A stretch of 64,000 bases of DNA, taken from NCBI GenBank assembly GCA_963779415.1, contig CAVZYA010000001.1, positions 1,216,001 to 1,280,000 of the forward strand, in the 5' to 3' direction. Positions within the stretch are counted from its first letter, which is position 1. Every line of letters starts with the position of its first letter. This document shows positions 10,211 to 19,711 of the stretch, piece by piece. The notes beneath the pieces were generated by a model that was given only the letters and a program-made list of their open reading frames with translations, did no database searches and was not told the DNA's origin. This stretch comes from an uncultured Acidobacteriota bacterium (GTDB lineage Bacteria; Acidobacteriota; Thermoanaerobaculia; UBA5066). Position numbers and translations under genes: made by a program.

Positions 10211-11344
10211 TCAGCGTCCCGCGGGAATGCCGAGGCCGTCGAGGGCGTCCGCCGCCCCTTTTGCCGCGTCCCTCGGGAAGGCGTCTCCCGTCCCGGGCCA
10301 CTCCACGACGACGGGGGCGAACCCCATCTGCTTGAGGGCGTCGACGCCCCGGCGAAACGCGCCCATGCGGGCCGGATCGGAGTCCTGCGAGATTCCGAGG
10401 AAGAGGCCCTCTCCCCGCAGGCCCGCCGCCTGCTGGCCGGAGCCCGGGTCGTACGGGCCGTTGATCGAGCCGGCGCCCGCAAAGGACTTCGCCGGCTTGT
10501 GCGCCGCGATCGTCAGGGCTTCGGTGCCGCCGCGTCCGACACCGACGAGGAGAACGGCGATCTTCGGATCGCCGGCGCGCTTTCGCCCTTCCCTGACGGC
10601 CGCGTCGACGGCGGCGGCGGCGCGCTCGGCCGAGCCCCAACCGAACCTCTTGTCCGCCGACCTACCGGGGCCGCGAGGGACCGCGAGGAAGAGGCCCCGC
10701 CTCTTCGCCTCGGCCACGAACGGGGCCGATACCTCCATCGGCGAGGAGGCCGCATCGTGCAGGAGGACGAGGAGGGCGACCGGGCGCCTCCCCGGCGGCA
10801 CGAAGATCCCTTCCTTCACGACGGCGGCGTCCCCCTCCGCCCGGTTCTTCGCCGCGCGGTCGAGGATCCCCTTCCAGCGGGACGACGTCCGCAGCGACCC
10901 GAGATCGGGATCCGACTTGAGGGTCGCGACGTCGTCGAACCCGGCGCCGAGGGCGCGATCGAGGCTCGCGAAGGCCGCATCCGTCTTCTTCTCGCGCGCA
11001 TCGATGCAGGCGACGTTGTACGCCGCCGTCGGGAGCCCGCCGAGCTTCCACGCATTCTCGAAGAAAATCCGCGCCTTCCCGAGGTCCTTCGCCTGAACGG
11101 CGCCGAGGCCGAGCCGCTCGAAGGTGAAGGGATCGCCCCCTGTCTCCGGGAGGAGACGGACGTCCTCCATCTCGGCCGGAACCGCCCCCTTGGGCGCTTC
11201 CGGTCCGGACTGGACGGTCAGGCCGCCCCCCGACTGCTTCTGAGTCGGGACGGGTTTCGGCGTCGCCTGCGCGGGCGCCTGGGCGGCGAGAGGAGCGGCG
11301 GAAAGGACGAGAACGGCCGCGAGACCGGCGACATGGTTTTCCAT
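10211..11344 (-). CDS. Secreted protein: TPR module plus alpha/beta-hydrolase-like domain with degenerate catalytic motifs
   Basis: Signal peptide (…APLAA|Q), AYNVAC...ALGAGF...SDPDLGSLR TPR, then LLVLLHD / AVPRG / LVGVGRGG. Confidence 0.65.
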   Translation of the reverse strand: MENHVAGLAAVLVLSAAPLAAQAPAQATPKPVPTQKQSGGGLTVQSGPEAPKGAVPAEMEDVRLLPETGGDPFTFERLGLGAVQAKDLGKARIFFENAWKLGGLPTAAYNVACIDAREKKTDAAFASLDRALGAGFDDVATLKSDPDLGSLRTSSRWKGILDRAAKNRAEGDAAVVKEGIFVPPGRRPVALLVLLHDAASSPMEVSAPFVAEAKRRGLFLAVPRGPGRSADKRFGWGSAERAAAAVDAAVREGRKRAGDPKIAVLLVGVGRGGTEALTIAAHKPAKSFAGAGSINGPYDPGSGQQAAGLRGEGLFLGISQDSDPARMGAFRRGVDALKQMGFAPVVVEWPGTGDAFPRDAAKGAADALDGLGIPAGR

Positions 11345-11383
11345 CGGGGGGATTCTACGGGCGCGGCGATTCCGGCCCCTCTG

Positions 11384-12103
11384 TTACGGGGCCGTGAAGC
11401 CGAACCGGCGCCAGGTCTCCCGGGTCTCCGGAGCCGAGAGAACGTCGAGGGCGCGCCCGGCGGCCTGCTTCCGGGTCGAAGCCGAGACGATCGCGGCTGT
11501 CTGGCGAAGCGGCTCGTGAAGCGTCGGATCGACCGGGCAGGACGACAGCCGCGGATCGGCGGCGAGAGAGGACGGAATGATCGCCACCTCCGCCTCCCCC
11601 GAAAGGACCCGGGCAATCGCCTCGTCCGACGACGGCACCGGAAGGAGCTTCTCCTTCAACTGGTTCAGGATCATCGCCGCCGCGAGGAACTCCTCGATCG
11701 AGGCCCCCTCCGGAGCGACTTTCTTCGAGACGACCGCGACGTGGCGGATCGGAAGCTTCACGAAGGCGAGGGCCGTGGCGCCGTCGAGCCGTCGCGGCAG
11801 GTCGAACGAGGCCCCGCGAGCCGCGACGACGGCGAGGCTCTCGGTCGCACAGCGCGTCACGGTTGCTTCCACGACGAGGCCGTCCCCCGCGAGCTTCTGG
11901 ACCGTCTTCCAATCCGAGGCGACGAAAAGGTCCACTTCCGGCGTCTTCCGGAGGGAGGACGCGAGGCTTCCCGTCTCGCCGTAGCGAATTTCGACCGAGC
12001 CGCCGGCGGCCTTCTCGAGATCGGGGCGGAGCGCGTCAAGAACCGGGCGCGACGACGTCGCGGCCGCGATGACGAGGGCGGAGGCAAGCAACAAGGACGC
12101 CAT
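11384..12103 (-). CDS. ModA-like periplasmic anion-binding protein (divergent, orphan)
   Basis: VIAAATSS, YGETGSL, DLFVASD, APEG, HEPLRQ, RRFGF follow the ModA pattern; no modBC adjacent. Confidence 0.75.
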   Translation of the reverse strand: MASLLLASALVIAAATSSRPVLDALRPDLEKAAGGSVEIRYGETGSLASSLRKTPEVDLFVASDWKTVQKLAGDGLVVEATVTRCATESLAVVAARGASFDLPRRLDGATALAFVKLPIRHVAVVSKKVAPEGASIEEFLAAAMILNQLKEKLLPVPSSDEAIARVLSGEAEVAIIPSSLAADPRLSSCPVDPTLHEPLRQTAAIVSASTRKQAAGRALDVLSAPETRETWRRFGFTAP

Positions 12104-12115
12104 GGCGAGCCGAAT

Positions 12116-14122
12116 CTACTCCCGCTGCGCCCGAGGCGCCCGGTTCTCCCCCGTGACGTCGCGAAGCGTCGCGGGCCACTCCGCAGGCGGGATCTCGAGG
12201 AGCTTCCGGACCGCCGGCCTCTCCTCGATCTCGAGGGACGCCCCGACGAGAGAGCGGGCCGAGACGGCATCGCCGCCGTCTCGCGCCGAGAGCGCCAGGA
12301 CCAGCGGAAACCGGCTGTCGAAAGGCCGGCGCGCACTCACCCGTTCCACGAAATCCGCGAGAGCCTCGTGGCGTCCGGCGATCCGGTAGCTCTCCGCGAG
12401 GACCACAGCCGTCTGCGGACTTTGCAGGTGCCGCCAGAGCCGTTCCGCGAAGTCGACGGCCCGGTCGGCGCGCCGCATGTCCTGCGCGCGGAGGGCCTGG
12501 TCGAGGATCCCTTCGATCCAGGCCGCGCCCCAGGCGGCGTCGGATTTTCTCCGGAAGAAGGACATACCCAGATGGGGCCAGGCGAACGGACGGGTGAAGT
12601 GAGCGATCTGGTCCGCGGACAGGCCGTTCTCGAGCGGGGTCTCGGCGCGCAGCTCGGGCCTGTCCGAAGGCCACGGCGGCGTCCGAAGACGGGCGAGGAC
12701 GTCGCCCCCGCGAAGGCGGGAGAGGAGAAGCCACGGCGCGACCCGGAGCGGCGAAAGGGCGGGGACCTCGGCCACCCAGAACTGGTTGTCTAGGTGCCCG
12801 CCTCCCGTTGCGGGATCGCGGTCGTAGGCGAAGGAGGGGTAACGCGCGGCATCCGCGGGGGAGAGGACCCGGCGTGGCAGGATCGAGAAGTACTTCATCG
12901 TGTCGACGTCCGGCTGAAGGACGCCGATCAGGTTCACGGCGACCGAGAGCCCGAGGAACAAACGGAAGACGAGCGGGGGAAAGCGCCCGGCGCCGAAGGC
13001 GGCGAGCACCGCGAGGAGCGGAACGAGCGGCAGCAGGAGCCGCGGCCCCCAGCCGAACGTTCCGTCCCAGGCCCACCACGCCGCGGACGAAACGAGAATC
13101 GCCCCGAAAAAGGCCGCGACGGACATCGCCGCGATCCGGCTCTTCCGGATCAGGAGCGGAAAGCCGACGAGGGAGAGGGCGGCAAGCGGGTAGTAGAGGA
13201 AGAGCCCCTTGTTCGGCCCGATCGTCAGGCGCCAGAGGCCGTCGAGCGGCGGATGGCTGAACCGGTTTCCCGCGTACGACGCGAAGGGCCGCCCGAACCG
13301 GAGGACCTCGAACGCGAGCCAGAGCGCGGCGAACGGGAGCCAGCCGGCGACGGCCGCGCCGCCACGGGCGAGCCGCCCGGCCGGGGGGCCGCCGACCACG
13401 ACGAGCGCGACGACGATTGGAAGCGCGAGGATGAAGACGGGCTTCGAGAGAACCGCAAAGCCGGCGGCTCCTCCGGCCGCGGCGGCGAGAGCGAGCGACC
13501 GCCGTTGCGGGATGCCCGGTGCCGCAGCCGAAGCGGCCGAAGCGAAGAGCGCGGCGACGAGCGCCGCCTGAAGGGGCTCGGAGAAGTCCGACCCGGCGTA
13601 CGCGAGAAGCGGCGAGCCGACGACCGCCGCGAGCGCGGATCGGGAGACGGCCCGGCCGTCGCCCCCCCAGGCGCGAGCGAGTGCGCCGGCTCCGGCCGCT
13701 GCCGCGAGGAGAAAAAGGATCTGGTGGAGGATGTAGAGCGTCTGCGACGTGGCCGGCTTGATCTCGCGCTCGAAGAACCCGGCAAAGAGGGTCGGGACCG
13801 TCAACGTCAGGGAGGGCCCGATCCCGTACCGCGTCACGGCGTCGCCGCCCGGTCGGTCATGAACGAACGCCTGTCCGCGCGCGATCCCGATCTCGCCGAG
13901 GGTCACCATCGAGACCGCCGTCCGGACCATGATCCGGCCGTCCGGGACGAGGCCGAAGTAGCGTTCGTCTGCCGTCAGGACGAGAACGAGCGCCGTGACG
14001 AGAAGGGCGGCCCGGAGAGGCCGCCCCGGGACTGGCGCCGCGGGTGATCCGGCCGACGGCGAGATCGGCAGCCTCCCGGCAGCGGCCCGATCCGCCCGGA
14101 GCTTCGACCGGCGCCGGCTCAA
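12116..14122 (-). CDS. Polytopic membrane protein, GT-C glycosyltransferase-like, with soluble helical C-terminal domain (paralog 2)
   Basis: TADERYFGLVPDG, SDFSEPLQA, NKGLFLYYP, WWAWDGTFGWGPRLL; probable TTG start overlapping upstream stop (start uncertain). Confidence 0.65.
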   Translation of the reverse strand: MSRRRSKLRADRAAAGRLPISPSAGSPAAPVPGRPLRAALLVTALVLVLTADERYFGLVPDGRIMVRTAVSMVTLGEIGIARGQAFVHDRPGGDAVTRYGIGPSLTLTVPTLFAGFFEREIKPATSQTLYILHQILFLLAAAAGAGALARAWGGDGRAVSRSALAAVVGSPLLAYAGSDFSEPLQAALVAALFASAASAAAPGIPQRRSLALAAAAGGAAGFAVLSKPVFILALPIVVALVVVGGPPAGRLARGGAAVAGWLPFAALWLAFEVLRFGRPFASYAGNRFSHPPLDGLWRLTIGPNKGLFLYYPLAALSLVGFPLLIRKSRIAAMSVAAFFGAILVSSAAWWAWDGTFGWGPRLLLPLVPLLAVLAAFGAGRFPPLVFRLFLGLSVAVNLIGVLQPDVDTMKYFSILPRRVLSPADAARYPSFAYDRDPATGGGHLDNQFWVAEVPALSPLRVAPWLLLSRLRGGDVLARLRTPPWPSDRPELRAETPLENGLSADQIAHFTRPFAWPHLGMSFFRRKSDAAWGAAWIEGILDQALRAQDMRRADRAVDFAERLWRHLQSPQTAVVLAESYRIAGRHEALADFVERVSARRPFDSRFPLVLALSARDGGDAVSARSLVGASLEIEERPAVRKLLEIPPAEWPATLRDVTGENRAPRAQRE

Positions 14123-16062
14123 GGAATCTCCTTCGGGAGCAGGCCCGTTCCGTCGCCGAGAAGGACATCGCGGAGCGTTGCCGGCCACTCCTTCACGGGG
14201 AGATCCAGGAGCCGTCGGTACTCGGCGCGCGGGGCCACGCGCAGGACGGCGGCGAGGTTCGTGCGTGCCTTCTCTTCGTCCCCCATGTCCCGGGCGAGAA
14301 GCGCGAGGATGATCCCGAACTCCGGCGCCCTCTTCATCTCCCGCGGGAGCGACACGAGGAACTCGCCGAGCTGCGTCCTTCGGTTCGCCAGCCGGTACGC
14401 CTCCGCGAGCGTCTGGGCCGACTGCGGGCCCGGAACCATCCGGTAGAGCTTTTCGGCGAAGGTGACGGCCCGCTCGCCGTTCTTCATGTCCTGCGCGCGA
14501 AGCGCCTGGTCGAAGACGCAGTCGACGTAGGAAAGGACCGTATCGGGCGGACCGCCCTGTCTCATCATCGACATTCCGAGATGCGGCCACCGGTACGGCG
14601 ACGAGAGAAGGACGAGGCCGCTCGCGGGGACGGCGCGTTCGAGCGGCGTCGCGATCTCCTGCCCGGGCACGTCCGTCCTCCAGGGCGGCGTGAGCGCTCC
14701 GCCGGGAAGATCACCCCCGAGGAGACGTTTCCGGAGGAGGGCGGCGTGAAGCCGGATCGGCGAAAGGGCCGCCTTCCGGGCCACCTCGTAGAGCGCGAGA
14801 AGCTCGGTCGCACCGGTCGCGGGATTCGTCACGCAGGCGTAATCCGGCCATCGAGGTTTCTCTTCCGCGGAAAGAGGCCGATTTGGAAGGGTGAAATAGT
14901 AGAAGTAGGTCAGCCCGTCCGGCTGGAGCGCGCCCAGGAGGTTCACGCCGACTCCCGCGGCGAAGAGAGCGCCGGCCGCGATCTTCGGGAGAGCCGACGC
15001 CCCGAGGACGGCAAGCGCCGCGAGAAGGGGAACGAGCGGAACGAGGAGGCGGGGCCCCCACCCGGCCGCGCCGTCCCACGACCACCAGGCCGCCGTGGAA
15101 ACGATCAGAAAGCCGATGAACCCGGCCACGACCAGCGCTCCCTTCCGGTCTCGCGCGAAGAGCTTCCGGAGGCCCGGAATCGCGAGGAGGGCGAACGGAA
15201 AGTAGAGGAAGAGCCCCTTGTTCGCGCCGACCGTCAGCCGCCAGAGGCCGTCGAGCACCGGATGGTTGAAGTGCTCCCCTTCGTACGAGCCGAACGGGCG
15301 CCCGAAGCGGGCGATCTCGAAAGCGAGCCAGAGCGCCGCGAACGGTGCTGCGCCCGCCGCGGCCGCGAGCGCCCGCCGGAGCCGCGACCCGGAAGGAGCG
15401 CCCCAGGCCACGAGGACGAGCGTGGCCGGGACCAGGACGATGAAGATCGACTTCGAGAGGAGCGCCCCCCCCGCGAGCGCCCCCGCGGCGCCGGCCAGAA
15501 CGAGGGAGCGCCGCGCGGAAAGCCGGGGATCGCGGGAACGGATACCGGCCGCGAAAAGGGCCCCGACGAGAGCGGCCTGAAGCGGCTCGGAAAAGTCGGA
15601 GCCGACGTACCCCCAGAGGGGCGACGCGATCGCGCACGCGAGGATCGCCCACGCCGCCTCCGCCTCGCCGCCGCCCCATCCCCTCGCGAGCGCGCCGGCC
15701 GCCGCCGCGGCCCCGAGGATCAGGAGGATGTTCATCAGGACGAAGAGCGTCTGCGACGAGCCGACCCCGAACGCGCGCTCCCACGGCCCGGCAACCGAGA
15801 CGGGGAGAACACGGACCAGCGTCGGGCCGATTCCGTAGCGGGTGACGGCGTCCCCGGCGGGGCGCGGGATGTTCACGCGATGCCCTCGCGCCGTCCCGAT
15901 CTCTCCGAGGGAGAAGAGGGAGTAGGCCGTGCGCGTCATGATCTGGCCGTCGGTCACGAGCCCGAAGACGCGCTCGTCGGCCGTGAAGGCGAGGAGAAGC
16001 GCCGAAAGGAGAAACGCGACGCGAGGGCGCGCGAGGCGCCCGCCGGATCCGGCGTCAGACAT
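14119..16062 (-). CDS. Polytopic membrane protein, GT-C glycosyltransferase-like (paralog 1)
   Basis: TADERVFGLVTDG, SDFSEPLQA, NKGLFLYFP, WWSWDGAAGWGPRLL; colinear with 12116..14122. Confidence 0.68.
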   Translation of the reverse strand: MSDAGSGGRLARPRVAFLLSALLLAFTADERVFGLVTDGQIMTRTAYSLFSLGEIGTARGHRVNIPRPAGDAVTRYGIGPTLVRVLPVSVAGPWERAFGVGSSQTLFVLMNILLILGAAAAAGALARGWGGGEAEAAWAILACAIASPLWGYVGSDFSEPLQAALVGALFAAGIRSRDPRLSARRSLVLAGAAGALAGGALLSKSIFIVLVPATLVLVAWGAPSGSRLRRALAAAAGAAPFAALWLAFEIARFGRPFGSYEGEHFNHPVLDGLWRLTVGANKGLFLYFPFALLAIPGLRKLFARDRKGALVVAGFIGFLIVSTAAWWSWDGAAGWGPRLLVPLVPLLAALAVLGASALPKIAAGALFAAGVGVNLLGALQPDGLTYFYYFTLPNRPLSAEEKPRWPDYACVTNPATGATELLALYEVARKAALSPIRLHAALLRKRLLGGDLPGGALTPPWRTDVPGQEIATPLERAVPASGLVLLSSPYRWPHLGMSMMRQGGPPDTVLSYVDCVFDQALRAQDMKNGERAVTFAEKLYRMVPGPQSAQTLAEAYRLANRRTQLGEFLVSLPREMKRAPEFGIILALLARDMGDEEKARTNLAAVLRVAPRAEYRRLLDLPVKEWPATLRDVLLGDGTGLLPKEIP

Positions 16063-18046
16063 TGACCTGGATCGGGAGAATGACGGTCTGAAGCCCCTCG
16101 AACTGCAGGCGCCGCTGCACCGCGAACGGCGTCTGGTTGTGGAGAGCGCGGTTCACGAGGTTCTCGTTCGGGAAGAGGAGCTTCGACGTGAAGAAAATCG
16201 GCCGGTCGTACCGCTCCTTCGTCTCGTGGCAAAGGGCGACGATCTCGTCGAGAAGGTCCGTTCCGATCCGGAGATGGTGCTCCGCGTGCATCCCGAGGCC
16301 CCGGGCGAACTCGACGTACCTGTTCAGATCGCGCTCGGTCTCGCGCTTCAGGTTCTCGATCTCGTCCACCCCCTTGAAGTTCGCCGAGTCGACGACGCCG
16401 ACCGAGAGAAAGACGGCGTTCTTGAAGTAGCGCGGGAAGTATTTCTGCACCTGCAGAAGCGAGTGGATGCCGAGGCCGTTGAACCCCGAGACGAGGAAGA
16501 CCGCCGTCGGGGTGTTCCGGCTCACGGGCTCGACTTTCTGGACCGTCCCGGAGACGTCGGCGGGACGGTAGCGCGGCAGCGTGGTCAGGACGTCGTCCGC
16601 CCGCTTCATGAGGAGGCCGACGGAGCGGTAGTGGCGGCGGATGAAGATGCAGAGGACGACGACCGAGCCCGTGATCGCCACGGTCACCCAGCCTCCCTGC
16701 AGGAACTTCATGACGACGGTGACGGCGAGGATCATGCTGGTCAGGAGCAGGCCGAACCCATTGATGGCGAATCGGCGGCCCCACGTCGGCTCCTGCTTCC
16801 TCACCTGCCACCAGTGGACGCACATGCCGAGCTGCGACAGCGTGAAGGTCAAAAAGACGTTGATGGAGTACATCACGACGAGAAGGTCGACGCGCCCTCC
16901 CGTGTAGACGAGCATCGCGATCGCCGAGAGCCCCATCAGAAGGACGCCGTTCTGGGTCACGAGCCGCTCCGACAGGAGGCTGAAACGGTGCGGCACCCAC
17001 GAGTCGATCGCCATGTTCGACAGGACGCGCGGCCCGTCAAGGAAGCCGGCCTGTGCCGCGACGAAGAGAAGGGAGCCCTCGGCGATGAGGGAAAGGAGGA
17101 CGATCGTGATCGCCGTCGCCGACCCGGCGCCGAAGGCCTCGGCGGCGAGCTTCTTGAAGAGAATCGCGTTCAGCGTCTGACCTTCCGCGCGGCCGACGCC
17201 CGAAAGGAGATAGCAGAGGATGAGGCCGCCCGCCACGATGGAGAGCGAAACGGCCATGTACGTCATCGTCTTCTTGCCGGTATGGGCGCGCGGCTCGCGA
17301 AGGATCGGAAGGCCGTTCGAGACGGCCTCGATTCCCGTGTAGGTTCCGCCTCCCATCGAGAAGGCCTTGAGCAGGAGGGCGATCGTCCCCCAGAGACCGA
17401 GCTCGCGGACCGAGCCGTGCCATTCCCGTGAGGTCTCCGACACCAGCGCCGGAAACGACGTGAGGTGCCGGCCGAGCCCGAAGGCGATGAGCGCCGCGTG
17501 CGTCACGAGAAAGAGGATGAAGATCGGCAGGAGGACCTGCACCGACTCGCGGACGCCCCGGAGGTTCAGGACGATGAGGACGACGCAGGCGAGGATCGCG
17601 AAGAGAAGCTGGGTTCCCTGCGCGACCCCGGCCGTCAGGGAACAGAGGGCCGCCACGCCGGCCGAGATGGAGATGGCGATGGTCAGGACGTAGTCCACGA
17701 CGAGAGCCGTTCCCGACGCGAGCCCCGCCCCGGATCCGAGAAGCCTCGTGGCGACGAGGTAGCCGCCGCCGCCCGAGGGGAAGAGCTCGATGATCTGGGA
17801 GTACGAGGCCGAGATCAGGATGACGGTGCCCGCGGTGGCGAGGGCGAGGAAGATGGCGAGGTGATGATGGGCGCCCAGCGCGACGAACGCTTCTTCGGGG
17901 CCGTAGGCCGACGAAGAGAGACCGTCGGCGCCGAGCCCCACCCAGGCGAGGAATGCGATGAGCGAGACCTTGTGGAAGACGGCCGGGTCAAGGGGATCGC
18001 GGCTCTTCCCGAGAAAGACCCGCTTCGTCAGCTCTTTGAAGGGCAC
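16055..18046 (-). CDS. APC-family permease, KimA/YdaO-like (putative K+ transporter)
   Basis: ADGLSSSAYGPEEAF, SYSQII..FPSGGGGY, TGIEAVSNG, cytoplasmic C-terminal domain ending LHNQT. Confidence 0.85.
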   Translation of the reverse strand: MPFKELTKRVFLGKSRDPLDPAVFHKVSLIAFLAWVGLGADGLSSSAYGPEEAFVALGAHHHLAIFLALATAGTVILISASYSQIIELFPSGGGGYLVATRLLGSGAGLASGTALVVDYVLTIAISISAGVAALCSLTAGVAQGTQLLFAILACVVLIVLNLRGVRESVQVLLPIFILFLVTHAALIAFGLGRHLTSFPALVSETSREWHGSVRELGLWGTIALLLKAFSMGGGTYTGIEAVSNGLPILREPRAHTGKKTMTYMAVSLSIVAGGLILCYLLSGVGRAEGQTLNAILFKKLAAEAFGAGSATAITIVLLSLIAEGSLLFVAAQAGFLDGPRVLSNMAIDSWVPHRFSLLSERLVTQNGVLLMGLSAIAMLVYTGGRVDLLVVMYSINVFLTFTLSQLGMCVHWWQVRKQEPTWGRRFAINGFGLLLTSMILAVTVVMKFLQGGWVTVAITGSVVVLCIFIRRHYRSVGLLMKRADDVLTTLPRYRPADVSGTVQKVEPVSRNTPTAVFLVSGFNGLGIHSLLQVQKYFPRYFKNAVFLSVGVVDSANFKGVDEIENLKRETERDLNRYVEFARGLGMHAEHHLRIGTDLLDEIVALCHETKERYDRPIFFTSKLLFPNENLVNRALHNQTPFAVQRRLQFEGLQTVILPIQVNV

Positions 18047-18104
18047 GGCGGTGGGCGAGTATACGCGTCGCGCCGCACCCGGATCGGGGCTACAATGACG
18101 ACGA

Positions 18105-19646
18105 ATGGGTCCTGCCCCAAGGGTGTTCGGGGACCACCTCTCGGACCTCTACTTCTCCGACCTTCCGCTTCCGCATTCCGTCCGCGCCGGCATCGCGGCC
18201 TGCGGCTTTGTTCGTGCGACGCCCGTTCAGGCCGCAACTCTCCCCCTGCTCCTCTCGGGCCGCGACGTGGCGGCACAGGCGCAGACGGGGACGGGCAAGA
18301 CGGCGGCTTTCCTGATCTCGATCTTCTCGCGGCTCGCGTCGGACCCGCGCCCGGCCCACTCCGGCGATCCGCCGCTCGCTCTCGTCATCGCCCCGACGCG
18401 CGAGCTCGCCGTCCAGATCCACGACGACGCCGTCGCGCTCGGCCACTTCCTGAAGCCCCGGATCGTGACGGTCTTCGGCGGGATCGACTACGTGAGGCAA
18501 CGGGACCAGCTCCGCGCCGGCTGCGATCTTCTCGTCGGGACTCCGGGACGCCTCCTGGACTACGAGCAGCAGGGGGCCGTCTCCTTCGGCCGGATCGAGT
18601 CCCTCGTCATCGACGAGGCGGACCGTCTTTTCGACATGGGATTCATCCCGGACCTTCGACGGATTCTCCGCAATTGTCCGCCCCCCCGGAGGCGGCACAC
18701 GATGCTCTTTTCCGCCACGCTCTCCGTCCGCGTCCGCGAGCTGGCGTGGGAACACCTGAACGATGCCGAGGCGATCGAGATCCGGCCCCAGCAGCTCACG
18801 GCGGACGGCGTCACACAGGTCCTCTACCACGTCGGGGCCCGGGAAAAGCTCTCGCTTCTCGCCGGCCTCCTTCGCCGTGAGGGGGCCGGGCGAACGATGC
18901 TCTTCGTCAACACGAAGCGCTATGCCGAGCGCGTCGTCGCGACCCTGGAGCGCCACGGCCTCCGCGTGGCGGCGTTGACGGGCGACCTCCCGCAGGCACG
19001 ACGCCTGAAGATCCTCTCCGACTTCAAGACCGGGAAGCTCCCCTTCCTCGTGGCCACCGACGTGGCCTCCCGCGGGCTGCACATCGAAGGGGTCACGCAC
19101 GTCGTCAACGTCGACCTGCCGCAGGACCCGGAGGACTATATCCACCGGATCGGCCGCACCGCCCGCGCCGGGGCCGCCGGCAAGGCGATCTCCCTTGCCG
19201 ACGAGAACTACGTCTTCTCCCTCGGCGCCATCGAGAAGCTCCTCGGGACGAAGATCCCCACCCTCTACGCCGACGACGCGCTCTTCGTCCGGGAGAGGCC
19301 GGCGCGCGCCGGAGACGGGCTTCAGTCCGGAAGTCCGCGGCACCTCGGCCCTGCGGACGAGGAAGACGAGCCGCCGGCTCCTCCCCTGCGTGTCGTTCCG
19401 CCGCCTCCCGTCGCGGTCAGCGTACAGGCGGCGCCGGCGTCAATCGCCTCAGCCGCTTCCCAGCCCGAGCCCCCTGCGGAAGCCGACGAGCCCGACTTCT
19501 GGACACGCGAGGCGTTCGGACTCGAACCGCCGGAAGGGGGCTTCTCTCCCGTCGCGGCCTTCGTCCCGGGCGGAAAGAAGCGCCGCCGGCGCCGGAAGCG
19601 CCCGGCAGGCACGCCGGGACCTGCGGGCTCCGGCGCCGCTTCCTAG
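18105..19646 (+). CDS. DEAD-box RNA helicase, RhlB-like
   Basis: AQTGTGKT, PTRELA, DEADRLFDMGF, SAT, HRIGRTARAG; low-complexity C-tail. Confidence 0.92.
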   Translation: MGPAPRVFGDHLSDLYFSDLPLPHSVRAGIAACGFVRATPVQAATLPLLLSGRDVAAQAQTGTGKTAAFLISIFSRLASDPRPAHSGDPPLALVIAPTRELAVQIHDDAVALGHFLKPRIVTVFGGIDYVRQRDQLRAGCDLLVGTPGRLLDYEQQGAVSFGRIESLVIDEADRLFDMGFIPDLRRILRNCPPPRRRHTMLFSATLSVRVRELAWEHLNDAEAIEIRPQQLTADGVTQVLYHVGAREKLSLLAGLLRREGAGRTMLFVNTKRYAERVVATLERHGLRVAALTGDLPQARRLKILSDFKTGKLPFLVATDVASRGLHIEGVTHVVNVDLPQDPEDYIHRIGRTARAGAAGKAISLADENYVFSLGAIEKLLGTKIPTLYADDALFVRERPARAGDGLQSGSPRHLGPADEEDEPPAPPLRVVPPPPVAVSVQAAPASIASAASQPEPPAEADEPDFWTREAFGLEPPEGGFSPVAAFVPGGKKRRRRRKRPAGTPGPAGSGAAS

Positions 19647-19660
19647 AGAATCGACGCTCG

Positions 19661-19697
19661 CCGGGGGCTTACCTTTCGGGCGCCCCCGGACCCCCGG
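19661..19697 (-). repeat. REP-like G-rich palindromic element, copy 1 (downstream of rho)
   Basis: Minus strand CCGGGGGTCCGGGGGCG-loop-CCCCCGG; similar copy at 48827-48859. Confidence 0.5.
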
Positions 19698-19711
19698 CTA
19701 CTCGCGATCCG

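Noticed and set aside
18047-18104. c-di-AMP (ydaO) riboswitch expected upstream of a KimA-like gene
   Set aside because: Only 58 nt of spacer, occupied by two opposed -10 hexamers
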